From assembly GCA_964016885.1 (NCBI GenBank), contig CAXHJY010000096.1, positions 1,612,001 through 1,676,000 on the forward strand: 64,000 nt of DNA, in the 5' to 3' direction. Positions 26,001-39,820 of the stretch are shown one piece after another (the first letter of the stretch is position 1; every line of letters starts with the position of its first letter). The notes below the pieces were generated by a model that saw only the letters and a list, made by a program, of their open reading frames with translations, was not told the origin of the DNA and made no database searches. Made by a program: the position numbers and the translations under genes. The DNA comes from Eledone cirrhosa (Eukaryota).

Positions 26001-29000
26001 GATAATTTCCAGCCAGCGAAGGGGAGATAATTTTTTTTAAAAAATCATTGGGAGATTTGTAAAAAAAATCAGGGGGAGATAATTTGTAAAAAAAATCAAG
26101 GGGAGATAATTTCCAGCCGTCCAAGGGGAGGTAATATCTAGCCGTCCAAGGGGAGATAATTTCCAGCCGTCCAAGGGGAGATAATTTCCAGCCGTCCAAG
26201 GGTAGATAATATCCAGCCGTCCAAGGACATATTTTCCAGCCGTCCAAGGAGAGGTAATTTCTAGCCGTCCAAGGGGAGATAAATTCCAGCCTCCAAGGTG
26301 AGATAATTTCCAGCCAGCCAAGGGGAGATAATTTGTAAAAAAAATCAGGGGGAGATAATTTGTAAAAAAAAATCAGGGGGAGATAATTTGTAAAAAAAAA
26401 TCAGGGGGAGATAATTTGTAAAAAAAAATCAGGGGGAGATAATTTGTAAAAAAATCAAGGGGAGATAATTTCCAGCCGTCCAAGGGGAGATAATTTTCAG
26501 CCGTCCAAGGGGAGATAATTTCCCGCCAGCCAAGGGAAGATAATATTTGAAAAAATCAGGCGGAGATAATTTGTAAAAAAAATCAGGGGGAGATAATTTG
26601 TAAAAAAATCAGGGGGAGATAATTTGTAAAAAAAAAATCAGGGGGAGATAATTTGTAAAAAGAATCAGGGGGAGATAATTTGTAAAAAAAAATCAGGGGT
26701 AGATAAATTGTAAAAAAAATTCAGGGGGAGATAATTTGTAAAAAAAATCAGGGGGAGATAATTTGTAAAAAAAATGAAAGGGGAGATAATATCCAGCTGT
26801 CCAAGGGGAGATAATTTCCAGCCGTCCAAGGGGAGATAATTTCCAGCCGTCCAAGGGGAGATAATTTCCATCCTTCCAAGGGGATATAATTTCCAGCCGT
26901 CCAAGGGGAGATAATTTCCCGCCAGCCAAGGGAAGATAATTTTTAAAAAAATCAGGCGGAGATTGTAAAAAAAATCAGGGGGGAGATAATTTGTAAAAAA
27001 ATCAGGGGGAGATAATTTGTAAAAAAAAATCAGGGGGAGATAATTTGTAAAAAATATTCAGGGGGAGATAATTTGTAAAAAAAAATCAAGGGGAGATAAT
27101 TTCCAGCCGTCCAAGGGGAGATAATTTCCCGCCAGCCAAGGGAAGATAATATTTAAAAAAATTAGGCGGAGATAATTTGTAAAAAAAATCAGGGGGAGAT
27201 AATTTGTAAAAAAATCAGGGGGAGATAATTTGTAAAAAAAATCAGGGGGAGATAATTTGTAAAAAAATTCATGGGGAGATAATTTGTAAAAAAAAATCAG
27301 GGGTAGATAATTTGTAAAAAAAAATCAGGGGGAGATAATTTGTAAAAAAAAATCAGGGGGAGATAATTTGTAAAAAAAATCAAGGGGAGATAATTTCCAG
27401 CCGTCCAAGGGGAGATAATTTTCAGCCGTCCAAGGAGAGGTAATTTCTAGCCGTCCAAGGGGAGATAATTTCCAGCCGTCCAAGGGGAGGTAATTTCCAG
27501 CCGTCCAAGGGGAGATAATTTTTAAAAAAAAATCAGGCGGAGATAATTTGTAAAAAAAATCAAGGGGAGATAATTTGCAGCCGTCCAAGGGGAGATAATT
27601 TTCAGTCGTCCAAGGAGAGGTAATTTCTAGCCGTCCAAGGGGAGATAATTGCCAGCCGTCCAAGGGGAGATAATTTCCAGCCGTCCAAGGGGAGATAATT
27701 TTTTTTAAAAAATCAGGCGGAGATAATTTGTAAAAAAAATCAGGGGGAGATAATTTGTAAACAAAATCAGGGGGAGATAATTTGTAAAAAAAAATTAGGG
27801 GGAGATAATTTGTAAAAAAAATCATGGAGAGATAATTTCCAGCCGTCCAAGGTGAGATAATTTCCAGCCGTCCAAGGAGACATATTTTCCAGCCGTCCAA
27901 GGCGAGGTATTTTCTAGCCGTCCAAGGGGAGATAAATTCCAGCCTCCAAGGGGAGATAATTTCCAGCTAGCCAAGTGGAGATAATTTGTAAAAAAATCAG
28001 GGGGAGATAATTTGTAAAAAATATCAGGGAGATAATTTGTAAAAAAAAATCAGGGGGAGATAATTTGTAAAAAAAATCAGGGGGAGATAATTTGTAAAAA
28101 GAAATCAGGGGGAGATAATTTGTAAAAAAAATCAAGGGGAGATAATTTCCAGCCGTCCAAGGGGAGATAATTTTCAGCCGTCCAAGGGGAGATAATTTCC
28201 CGCCAGCCAAGGGAAGATAATATTTAAAAAAATCAGGCGGAGATAATTTGTAAAAAAAATCAGGGGGAGATAATTTGTAAAAAAATCAGGGGGAGATAAT
28301 TTGTAAAAAAAAAATCAGGGGGAGATAATTTGTAAAAAAAATCAGGGGGAGATAATTTGTAAAAAAAAATCAGGGATAGATAATTTGTAAACAAAAATCA
28401 GGGGGAGATAATTTGTAAAAAAAAATCAGGGGGAGATAATTTGTAAAAAAAATGAAAGGGGAGATAATATCCAGCCGTCCAAGGGGAGATAATTTCCAGC
28501 CGTCCAAGGGGATATAATTTCCAGCCGTCCAAGGGGAGATAATTTCCATCCTTCCAAGGGGATATAATTTCCAGCCGTCCAAGGGGAGATAATTTCCCGC
28601 CAGCCAAGGGAAGATAATTTTTAAAAAAATCAGGCGGAGATTGTAAAAAAAATCAGGGGGGAGATAATTTGTAAAAAAATCAGGGGGAGATAATTTGTAA
28701 AAAATAATCAGGGGGAGATAATTTGTAAAAAAATTCAAGGGGAGATAATTTCCAGCCGTCCAAGGGGAGATAATTTCCCGCCAGCCAAGGGAAGATAATA
28801 TTTAAAAAAATTAGGCGGAGATAATTTGTAAAAAAAATCAGGGGGAGATAATTTGTAAAAAAATCAGGGGGAGATAATTTGTAAAAAAAATCAGGGGGAG
28901 ATAATTTGTAAAAAAAATCATGGGGAGATAATTTGTAAAAAAAAATCAGGGGTAGATAATTTGTAAAAAAAAATCAGGGGGAGATAATTTGTAAAAAAAA

Positions 29001-32000
29001 ATCAGGGGGAGATAATTTGTAAAAAAAATCAAGGGGAGATAATATCCAGCCGTCCAAGGAGAGATAATTTAAAAAAAAAATGAGGCGGAGATAATTTGTA
29101 AAAAAAAAATCAGGGGGAGTTAATTTGTAAAAAAAAATGAGGGGGAGATAATTTGTAAAAAAAATCAAGGGGAGATAATTTCCAGCCGTCCAAGGGGAGA
29201 TAATTTTCAGCCGTCCAAGGAGAGGTAATTTCTAGCCGTCCAAGGGGAGATAATTTCCAGCCGTCCAAGGGGAGGTAATTTCCAGCCGTCCAAGGGGAGA
29301 TAATTTTAAAAAAAAATCAGGCGGAGATAATTTGTAAAAAAAATCAAGGGGAGATAATTTGCAGCCGTCCAAGGGGAGATAATTTTCAGTCGTCCAAGGA
29401 GAGGTAATTTCTAGCCGTCCAAGGGGAGATAATTTCCAGCCGTCCAAGGGGAGATAATTTCCAGCCGTCCAAGGGGAGATAATTTTTTTTAAAAAATCAG
29501 GCGGAGATAATTTGTAAAAAAAATCAGGGGGAGATAATTTGTAAACAAAATCAGGGGGAGATAATTTGTAAAAAAAAATCAGGGGGAGATAATTTGTAAA
29601 AAAAATTAGGCGTAGATAATTTGTAAAAAAAAATCAGGGGGAGATAATTTGTAAAAAAAAATCAGGGGGAGATAATTTGTTTAAAAAATCAAGGGGAGAT
29701 AATTTGCAGCCGTCCAAGGGGAGATAATTTTCAGCCGTCCAAGGAGAGGTAATTTCTAGCCGTTCAAGGGGAGATAATTTCCAGCCGTCCAAGGGGAGAT
29801 AATTTCCAGCCGTCCAAGGGGAGATAATTTTTTTTAAAAAATCAGGCGGAGATAATTTGTAAAAAAAATCAGGGGGAGATAATTCGTAAAAAAAAATCAG
29901 GGGGAGATAATTTGTAAAAAAAAATCAGGGGGAGATAATTTGTAAAAAAAATCAAGGGGAGATAATTTCCAGCCGTCCAAGGGGAGGTAATATCTAGCCG
30001 TCCAAGGGGAGATAATTTCCAGCCGTCCAAGGGGAGATAATTTCCAGCCGTCCAAGGGGAGATAATTTCCAGCCGTCCAAGGAGACATATTTTCCAGCCG
30101 TCCAAGGCGAGGTAATTTCTAGCCGTCCAAGGGGAGATTAATTCCAGCCTCCAAGGGGAGATAATTTCCAGCCAGCCAAGGGGAGATAATTTGTAAAAAA
30201 ATCAGGGGGAGATAATTTGTAAAAAATATCAGGGAGATAATTTGTAAAAAAAAATCAGGGGGAGATAATTTGTAAAAAAAATCAGGGGGAGATAATTTGT
30301 AAAAAAAAATCAGGGGGAGATAATTTGTAAAAAAAATCAAGGGGAGATAATTTCCAGCCGTCCAAGGGGAGATAATTTTCAGCCGTCCAAGGAGAGGTAA
30401 TTTCTAACCGTCCGAGGATAGATAATTTCCAGCCGTCCAAGGGGAGATAATTTCCAGCCGTCCAAGGGGAGATAATTTCCAGCCGTCCAAGGAGACATAT
30501 TTTCCAGCCGTCCAAGGAGAGGTAATTTCTAGCCGTCCAAGGGGAGATAAATTCCAGCCTCCAAGGGGAGATAATTTCCAGCCAGCCAAGGGGAGATAAT
30601 TTGTAAAAAAATCAGGGGGAGATAATTTGCAAAAAAAATCAGGGGGAGATAATTTGTAAAAAAAATCAGGGGGAGATAATTTGTAAAAAATAATCAGGGG
30701 GAGATAATTTCCAGCCGTCCAAGGGAAGATAATTTCCAGCCCTCCAAGGGGCTATAATTTCCAGTGTCCAAGGGGAGATAATTTCCAGCCAGCGAAGGGG
30801 AGATAATTTTTTTTAAAAAATCATTGGGAGATTTGTAAAAAAAATCAGGGGGAGATAATTTGTAAAAAAAATCAAGGGGAGATAATTTCCAGCCGTCCAA
30901 GGGGAGGTAATATCTAGCCGTCCAAGGGTAGATAATTTCCAGCCGTCCAACGGGAGATAATTTCCAGCCGTCCAAGGGTAGATAATATCCAGCCGCCCAA
31001 GGACATATTTTCCAGCCGTCCAAGGAGAGGTAATTTCTAGCCGTCCAAGGGGAGATAATTTCCAGCCGTCCAAGGGTAGATAATATCCAGCCGTCCAAGG
31101 ACATATTTTCCAGCCGTCCAAGGAGAGGTAATTTCTAGCCGTCCAAGGGGAGATAAATTCCAGCCTCCAAGGGGAGATAATTTCCAGCCAGCCAAGGGGA
31201 GATAATTTGTAAAAAAATCAGGGGGAGATAATTTGTAAAAAAAATCAGGGGGAGATAATTTGTAAAAAAAAATCAGGGGGAGATAATTTGTAAAAAAAAA
31301 TCAGGGTGAGATAATTTGCAAAAAAAATCAGGGGGAGATAATTTGTAAAAAAAAATCAGGGGTAGATAATTTGTAAAAAAAAATCAGGGGGAGATAATTT
31401 GTAAAAAAAAATCAGGGGGAGATAATTTGTAAAAAAAATCAAGGGGAGATAATTTCCAGCCGTCCAAGGAGAGATAATTTAAAAAAAAATCAGGCGGAGA
31501 TAATTTGTAAAAAAAAATCAGGGGGAGATAATTTGTAAAAAAAATCAGGGGGAGATAATTTGTAAAAAAAAATCAGGGGTAGATAATTTGTAAAAAAAAA
31601 TCAGGGGGAGATAATTTGTAAAAAAAAATCAGGAGGAGATAATTTGTAAAAAAAATCAAGGGGAGATAATTTCCAGCCGTCCAAGGAGAGATAATTTAAA
31701 AAAAAATCAGGCGGAGATAATTTGTAAAAAAAAATCAGGGGGAGATAATTTGTAAAAAAAAATCAGGGGGAGATAATTTGTAAAAAAAATCAAGGGGAGA
31801 TAATTTCCAGCCGTCCAAGGGGAGATAATTTTCAGCCGTCCAAGGGGAGATAATTTCCAGCCAGCGAAGGGGAGATAATTTTTTTTAAAAAATCATTGGG
31901 AGATTTGTAAAAAAAATCAGGGGGAGATAATTTGTAAAAAAAATCAAGGGGAGATAATTTCCAGCCGTCCAAGGGGAGGTAATATCTAGCCGTCCAAGGG

Positions 32001-35000
32001 GAGATAATTTCCAGCCGTCCAGGGGGAGATAATTTCCAGCCGTCCCAGGGTAGATAATATCCAGCCGCCCAAGGACATATTTTCCAGCCGTCCAAGGAGA
32101 GGTAATTTCTAGCCGTCCAAGGGGAGATAAATTCCAGCCTCCAAGGGGAGATAATTTCCAGCCAGCCAAGGGGAGATAATTTGTAAAAAAATCAGGGGGA
32201 GATAATTTGTAAAAAAAATCAGGGGGATATAATTTGTAAAAAAAAATCAGGGGGAGATAATTTGTAAAAAAAAATCAGGGGGAGATAATTTGCAAAAAAA
32301 ATCAGGGGGAGATAATTTGTAAAAAAAAATCAGGGGTAGATAATTTGTAAAAAAAAATCAGGGGGAGATAATTTGTAAAAAAAAATCAGGGGGAGATAAT
32401 TTGTAAAAAAAATCAAGGGGAGATAATTTCGAGCCGTCCAAGGAGAGATAATTTTAAAAAAAATCAGGCGGAGATAATTTGTAAAAAAAAATCAGGGGGA
32501 GATAATTTGTAAAAAAAATCAGGGGGAGATAATTTGTAAAAAAAAATCAGGGGTAGATAATTTGTAAAAAAAAATCAGGGGGAGATAATTTGTAAAAAAA
32601 AATCAGGGGGAGATAATTTGTAAAAAAAATCAAGGGGAGATAATTTCCAGCCGTCCAAGGAGAGATAATTTTAAAAAAAATCAGGCGGAGATAATTTGTA
32701 AAAAAAAATTAGGGGGAGATAATTTGTAAAAAAAAATCAGGGGGAGATAATTTGTAAAAAAAATCAAGGGGAGATAATTTCCAGCCGTCCAAGGGGAGAT
32801 AATTTTCAGCCGTCCAAGGGGAGATAATTTCCCGCCAGCCAAGGGAAGATAATATTCAAAAAAATCAGGCGGAGATAATTTGTAAAAAAAATCAGGGGGA
32901 GATAATTTGTAAAAAAATCAGGGGGAGATAATTTGTAAAAAAAAAAATCAGGGGGAGATAATTTGTAAAAAAAATCAGGGGGAGATAATTTGTAAAAAAA
33001 AATCAGGGGTAGATAATTTGTAAAAAAAAATCAGGGGGAGATAATTTGTAAAAAAAAATCAGGGGGAGATAATTTGTAAAAAAAATGAAAGGGGAGATAA
33101 TATCCAGCCGTCCAAGGGGAGATAATTTCCAGCCGTCCAAGGGGAGATAATTTCCAGCCGTCCAAGGGGAGATAATTTCCATCCTTCCAAGGGGATATAA
33201 TTTCCAGCCGTCCAAGGGGAGATAATTTCCATCCTTCCAAGGGGATATAATTTCCAGCCGTCCAAGGGGAGATAATTTTCAGCCGTCCAAGGAGAGGTAA
33301 TTTCTAGCCGTCCAAGGAGAGATAATTTCCAGCCGTCCAAGGGGAGATAATTTCCAGCCGTCCAAGGGGAGATAATTTCCAGCCGTCCAAGGAGACATAT
33401 TTTCCAGCCGTCCAAGGAGAGGTAATTCCTAGCCGTCCAAGGGGAGATAAATTCCAGCCTCCAAGGGGAGATAATTTCCAGCCAGCCAAGGGGAGATAAT
33501 TTGTAAAAAAAATCAGGGGGAGATAATTTGTAAAAAAAATCAGGGGGAGATAATTTGTAAAAAAAAATCAGGGGGAGATAATTTGTAAAAAATAATCAGG
33601 GGGAGATAATTTGTAAAAAAAATCAAGGGGAGATAATTTCCAGCCGTCCAAGGGGAGATAATTTTCAGCCGTCCAAGGGGAGATAATTTCCCGCCAGCCA
33701 AGGGAAGATAATATTTAAAAAAATTAGGCGGAGATAATTTGTAAAAAAAATCAGGGGGAGATAATTTGTAAAAAAATCAGGGGGAGATAATTTGTAAAAA
33801 AAATCAGGGGGAGATAATTTGTAAAAAAAATCAGGGGGAGATAATTTGTAAAAAAAAATCAGGGGGAGATAATTTGTAAAAAAAATCAAGGGGAGATAAT
33901 TTCCAGCCGTCCAAGGGAAGATAATTTCCAGCCCTCCAAGGGGCTATAATTTCCAACGTCCAAGGGGAGATAATTTCCAGCCAGCGAAGGGGAGATAATT
34001 TTTTTTAAAAAATCATTGGGAGATTTGTAAAAAAAATCAGGGGGAGATAATTTGTAAAAAAAATCAAGGGGAGATAATTTCCAGCCGTCCAAGGGGAGGT
34101 AATATCTAGCCGTCCAAGGGGAGATAATTTCCAGCCGTCCAAGGGGAGATAATTTCCAGCCGTCCAAGGGTAGATAATATCCAGCCGTCCAAGGACATAT
34201 TTTCCAGCCGTCCAAGGAGAGGTAATTTCTAGCCGTCCAAGGGGAGATAAATTCCAGCCTCCAAGGTGAGATAATTTCCAGCCAGCCAAGGGGAGATAAT
34301 TTGTAAAAAAAATCAGGGGGAGATAATTTGTAAAAAAAAATCAGGGGGAGATAATTTGTAAAAAAAAATCAGGGGGAGATAATTTGTAAAAAAAAATCAG
34401 GGGGAGATAATTTGTAAAAAAATCAAGGGGAGATAATTTCCAGCCGTCCAAGGGGAGATAATTTTCAGCCGTCCAAGGGGAGATAATTTCCCGCCAGCCA
34501 AGGGAAGATAATATTTGAAAAAATCAGGCGGAGATAATTTGTAAAAAAAATCAGGGGGAGATAATTTGTAAAAAAATCAGGGGGAGATAATTTGTAAAAA
34601 AAAAATCAGGGGGAGATAATTTGTAAAAAGAATCAGGGGGAGATAATTTGTAAAAAAAAATCAGGGGTAGATAAATTGTAAAAAAAAATCAGGGGGAGAT
34701 AATTTGTAAAAAAAATCAGGGGGAGATAATTTGTAAAAAAAATGAAAGGGGAGATAATATCCAGCCGTCCAAGGGGAGATAATTTCCAGCCGTCCAAGGG
34801 GAGATAATTTCCAGCCGTCCAAGGGGAGATAATTTCCATCCTTCCAAGGGGATATAATTTCCAGCCGTCCAAGGGGAGATAATTTCCCGCCAGCCAAGGG
34901 AAGATAATTTTTAAAAAAATCAGGCGGAGATTGTAAAAAAAATCAGGGGGGAGATAATTTGTAAAAAAATCAGGGGGAGATAATTTGTAAAAAAAAATCA

Positions 35001-38000
35001 GGGGGAGATAATTTGTAAAAAATATTCAGGGGGAGATAATTTGTAAAAAAAAATCAAGGGGAGATAATTTCCAGCCGTCCAAGGGGAGATAATTTCCCGC
35101 CAGCCAAGGGAAGATAATATTTAAAAAAATTAGGCGGAGATAATTTGTAAAAAAAATCAGGGGGAGATAATTTGTAAAAAAATCAGGGGGAGATAATTTG
35201 TAAAAAAAATCAGGGGGAGATAATTTGTAAAAAAATTCATGGGGAGATAATTTGTAAAAAAAAATCAGGGGTAGATAATTTGTAAAAAAAAATCAGGGGG
35301 AGATAATTTGTAAAAAAAAATCAGGGGGAGATAATTTGTAAAAAAAATCAAGGGGAGATAATTTCCAGCCGTCCAAGGGGAGATAATTTTCAGCCGTCCA
35401 AGGAGAGGTAATTTCTAGCCGTCCAAGGGGAGATAATTTCCAGCCGTCCAAGGGGAGGTAATTTCCAGCCGTCCAAGGGGAGATAATTTAAAAAAAAAAA
35501 TCAGGCGGAGATAATTTGTAAAAAAAATCAAGGGGAGATAATTTGCAGCCGTCCAAGGGGAGATAATTTTCAGTCGTCCAAGGAGAGGTAATTTCTAGCC
35601 GTCCAAGGGGAGATAATTGCCAGCCGTCCAAGGGGAGATAATTTCCAGCCGTCCAAGGGGAGATAATTTTTTTTAAAAAATCAGGCGGAGATAATTTGTA
35701 AAAAAAATCAGGGGGAGATAATTTGTAAACAAAATCAGGGGGAGATAATTTGTAAAAAAAAATCAGGGGGAGATAATTTGTAAAAAAAATCATGGAGAGA
35801 TAATTTCCAGCCGTCCAAGGTGAGATAATTTCCAGCCGTCCAAGGAGACATATTTTCCAGCCGTCCAAGGCGAGGTAATTTCTAGCCGTCCAAGGGGAGA
35901 TAAATTCCAGCCTCCAAGGGGAGATAATTTCCAGCTAGCCAAGTGGAGATAATTTGTAAAAAAATCAGGGGGAGATAATTTGTAAAAAATATCAGGGAGA
36001 TAATTTGTAAAAAAAAATCAGGGGGAGATAATTTGTAAAAAAAATCAGGGGGAGATAATTTGTAAAAAGAAATCAGGGGGAGATAATTTGTAAAAAAAAT
36101 CAAGGGGAGATAATTTCCAGCCGTCCAAGGGGAGATAATTTTCAGCCGTCCAAGGGGAGATAATTTCCCGCCAGCCAAGGGAAGATAATATTTAAAAAAA
36201 TCAGGCGGAGATAATTTGTAAAAAAAATCAGGGGGAGATAATTTGTAAAAAAATCAGGGGGAGATAATTTGTAAAAAAAAAATCAGGGGGAGATAATTTG
36301 TAAAAAAAATCAGGGGGAGATAATTTGTAAAAAAAAATCAGGGATAGATAATTTGTAAACAAAAATCAGGGGGAGATAATTTGTAAAAAAAAATCAGGGG
36401 GAGATAATTTGTAAAAAAAATGAAAGGGGAGATAATATCCAGCCGTCCAAGGGGAGATAATTTCCAGCCGTCCAAGGGGATATAATTTCCAGCCGTCCAA
36501 GGGGAGATAATTTCCATCCTTCCAAGGGGATATAATTTCCAGCCGTCCAAGGGGAGATAATTTCCCGCCAGCCAAGGGAAGATAATTTTTAAAAAAATCA
36601 GGCGGAGATTGTAAAAAAAATCAGGGAGGAGATAATTTGTAAAAAAATCAGGGGGAGATAATTTGTAAAAAATAATCAGGGGGAGATAATTTGTAAAAAA
36701 ATTCAAGGGGAGATAATTTCCAGCCGTCCAAGGGGAGATAATTTCCCGCCAGCCAAGGGAAGATAATATTTAAAAAAATTAGGCGGAGATAATTTGTAAA
36801 AAAAATCAGGGGGAGATAATTTGTAAAAAAATCAGGGGGAGATAATTTGTAAAAAAAATCAGGGGGAGATAATTTGTAAAAAAAATCATGGGGAGATAAT
36901 TTGTAAAAAAAAATCAGGGGTAGATAATTTGTAAAAAAAAATCAGGGGGAGATAATTTGTAAAAAAAAATCAGGGGGAGATAATTTGTAAAAAAAATCAA
37001 GGGGAGATAATATCCAGCCGTCCAAGGAGAGATAATTTTAAAAAAAAATGAGGCGGAGATAATTTGTAAAAAAAAAATCAGGGGGAGTTAATTTGTAAAA
37101 AAAAATGAGGGGGAGATAATTTGTAAAAAAAATCAAGGGGAGATAATTTCCAGCCGTCCAAGGGGAGATAATTTTCAGCCGTCCAAGGAGAGGTAATTTC
37201 TAGCCGTCCAAGGGGAGATAATTTCCAGCCGTCCAAGGGGAGGTAATTTCCAGCCGTCCAAGGGGAGATAATTTTAAAAAAAAATCAGGCGGAGATAATT
37301 TGTAAAAAAAATCAAGGGGAGATAATTTGCAGCCGTCCAAGGGGAGATAATTTTCAGTCGTCCAAGGAGAGGTAATTTCTAGCCGTCCAAGGGGAGATAA
37401 TTTCCAGCCGTCCAAGGGGAGATAATTTCCAGCCGTCCAAGGGGAGATAATTTTTTTTAAAAAATCAGGCGGAGATAATTTGTAAAAAAAATCAGGGGGA
37501 GATAATTTGTAAACAAAATCAGGGGGAGATAATTTGTAAAAAAAAATCAGGGGGAGATAATTTGTAAAAAAAATTAGGCGTAGATAATTTGTAAAAAAAA
37601 ATCAGGGGGAGATAATTTGTAAAAAAAAATCAGGGGGAGATAATTTGTTTAAAAAATCAAGGGGAGATAATTTGCAGCCGTCCAAGGGGAGATAATTTTC
37701 AGCCGTCCAAGGAGAGGTAATTTCTAGCCGTTCAAGGGGAGATAATTTCCAGCCGTCCAAGGGGAGATAATTTCCAGCCGTCCAAGGGGAGATAATTTTT
37801 TTTAAAAAATCAGGCGGAGATAATTTGTAAAAAAAATCAGGGGGAGATAATTCGTAAAAAAAAATCAGGGGGAGATAATTTGTAAAAAAAAATCAGGGGG
37901 AGATAATTTGTAAAAAAAATCAAGGGGAGATAATTTCCAGCCGTCCAAGGGGAGGTAATATCTAGCCGTCCAAGGGGAGATAATTTCCAGCCGTCCAAGG

Positions 38001-39820
38001 GGAGATAATTTCCAGCCGTCCAAGGGGAGATAATTTCCAGCCGTCCAAGGAGACATATTTTCCAGCCGTCCAAGGCGAGGTAATTTCTAGCCGTCCAAGG
38101 GGAGATTAATTCCAGCCTCCAAGGGGAGATAATTTCCAGCCAGCCAAGGGGAGATAATTTGTAAAAAAATCAGGGGGAGATAATTTGTAAAAAATATCAG
38201 GGAGATAATTTGTAAAAAAAAATCAGGGGGAGATAATTTGTAAAAAAAATCAGGGGGAGATAATTTGTAAAAAAAAATCAGGGGGAGATAATTTGTAAAA
38301 AAAATCAAGGGGAGATAATTTCCAGCCGTCCAAGGGGAGATAATTTTCAGCCGTCCAAGGAGAGGTAATTTCTAACCGTCCGAGGATAGATAATTTCCAG
38401 CCGTCCAAGGGGAGATAATTTCCAGCCGTCCAAGGGGAGATAATTTCCAGCCGTCCAAGGAGACATATTTTCCAGCCGTCCAAGGAGAGGTAATTTCTAG
38501 CCGTCCAAGGGGAGATAAATTCCAGCCTCCAAGGGGAGATAATTTCCAGCCAGCCAAGGGGAGATAATTTGTAAAAAAATCAGGGGGAGATAATTTGCAA
38601 AAAAAATCAGGGGGAGATAATTTGTAAAAAAAATCAGGGGGAGATAATTTGTAAAAAATAATCAGGGGGAGATAATTTCCAGCCGTCCAAGGGAAGATAA
38701 TTTCCAGCCCTCCAAGGGGCTATAATTTCCAGTGTCCAAGGGGAGATAATTTCCAGCCAGCGAAGGGGAGATAATTTTTTTTTAAAAATCATTGGGAGAT
38801 TTGTAAAAAAAATCAGGGGGAGATAATTTGTAAAAAAAATCAAGGGGAGATAATTTCCAGCCGTCCAAGGGGAGGTAATATCTAGCCGTCCAAGGGTAGA
38901 TAATTTCCAGCCGTCCAACGGGAGATAATTTCCAGCCGTTCAAGGGTAGATAATATCCAGCCGCCCAAGGACATATTTTCCAGCCGTCCAAGGAGAGGTA
39001 ATTTCTAGCCGTCCAAGGGGAGATAATTTCCAGCCGTCCAAGGGTAGATAATATCCAGCCGTCCAAGGACATATTTTCCAGCCGTCCAAGGAGAGGTAAT
39101 TTCTAGCCGTCCAAGGGGAGATAAATTCCAGCCTCCAAGGGGAGATAATTTCCAGCCAGCCAAGGGGAGATAATTTGTAAAAAAATCAGGGGGAGATAAT
39201 TTGTAAAAAAAATCAGGGGGAGATAATTTGTAAAAAAAAATCAGGGGGAGATAATTTGTAAAAAAAAATCAGGGTGAGATAATTTGCAAAAAAAATCAGG
39301 GGGAGATAATTTGTAAAAAAAAATCAGGGGTAGATAATTTGTAAAAAAAAATCAGGGGGAGATAATTTGTAAAAAAAAATCAGGGGGAGATAATTTGTAA
39401 AAAAAATCAAGGGGAGATAATTTCCAGCCGTCCAAGGAGAGAAAATTTAAAAAAAAATCAGGCGGAGATAATTTGTAAAAAAAAATCAGGGGGAGATAAT
39501 TTGTAAAAAAAATCAGGGGGAGATAATTTGTAAAAAAAAATCAGGGGTAGATAATTTGTAAAAAAAAATCAGGGGGAGATAATTTGTAAAAAAAAATCAG
39601 GAGGAGATAATTTGTAAAAAAAATCAAGGGGAGATAATTTCCAGCCGTCCAAGGAGAGATAATTTAAAAAAAAATCAGGCGGAGATAATTTGTAAAAAAA
39701 AATCAGGGGGAGATAATTTGTAAAAAAAAATCAGGGGGAGATAATTTGTAAAAAAAATCAAGGGGAGATAATTTCCAGCCGTCCAAGGGGAGATAATTTT
39801 CAGCCGTGTAAGGGGAGATA
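21200..39820 (+). repeat. Tandem HOR, period 7,968 bp, about 2.3 copies
   Basis: Constant offsets of 7968 at 22726/30694, 23864/31832, 25035/33003, 26665/34633, 28370/36338, 29232/37200 and 30404/38372. Private variants GCTAGC (27966/35934), TTTCGAGCC (~24460/~32428) and CAGGGATAG (~28371/~36339). Confidence 0.93.
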
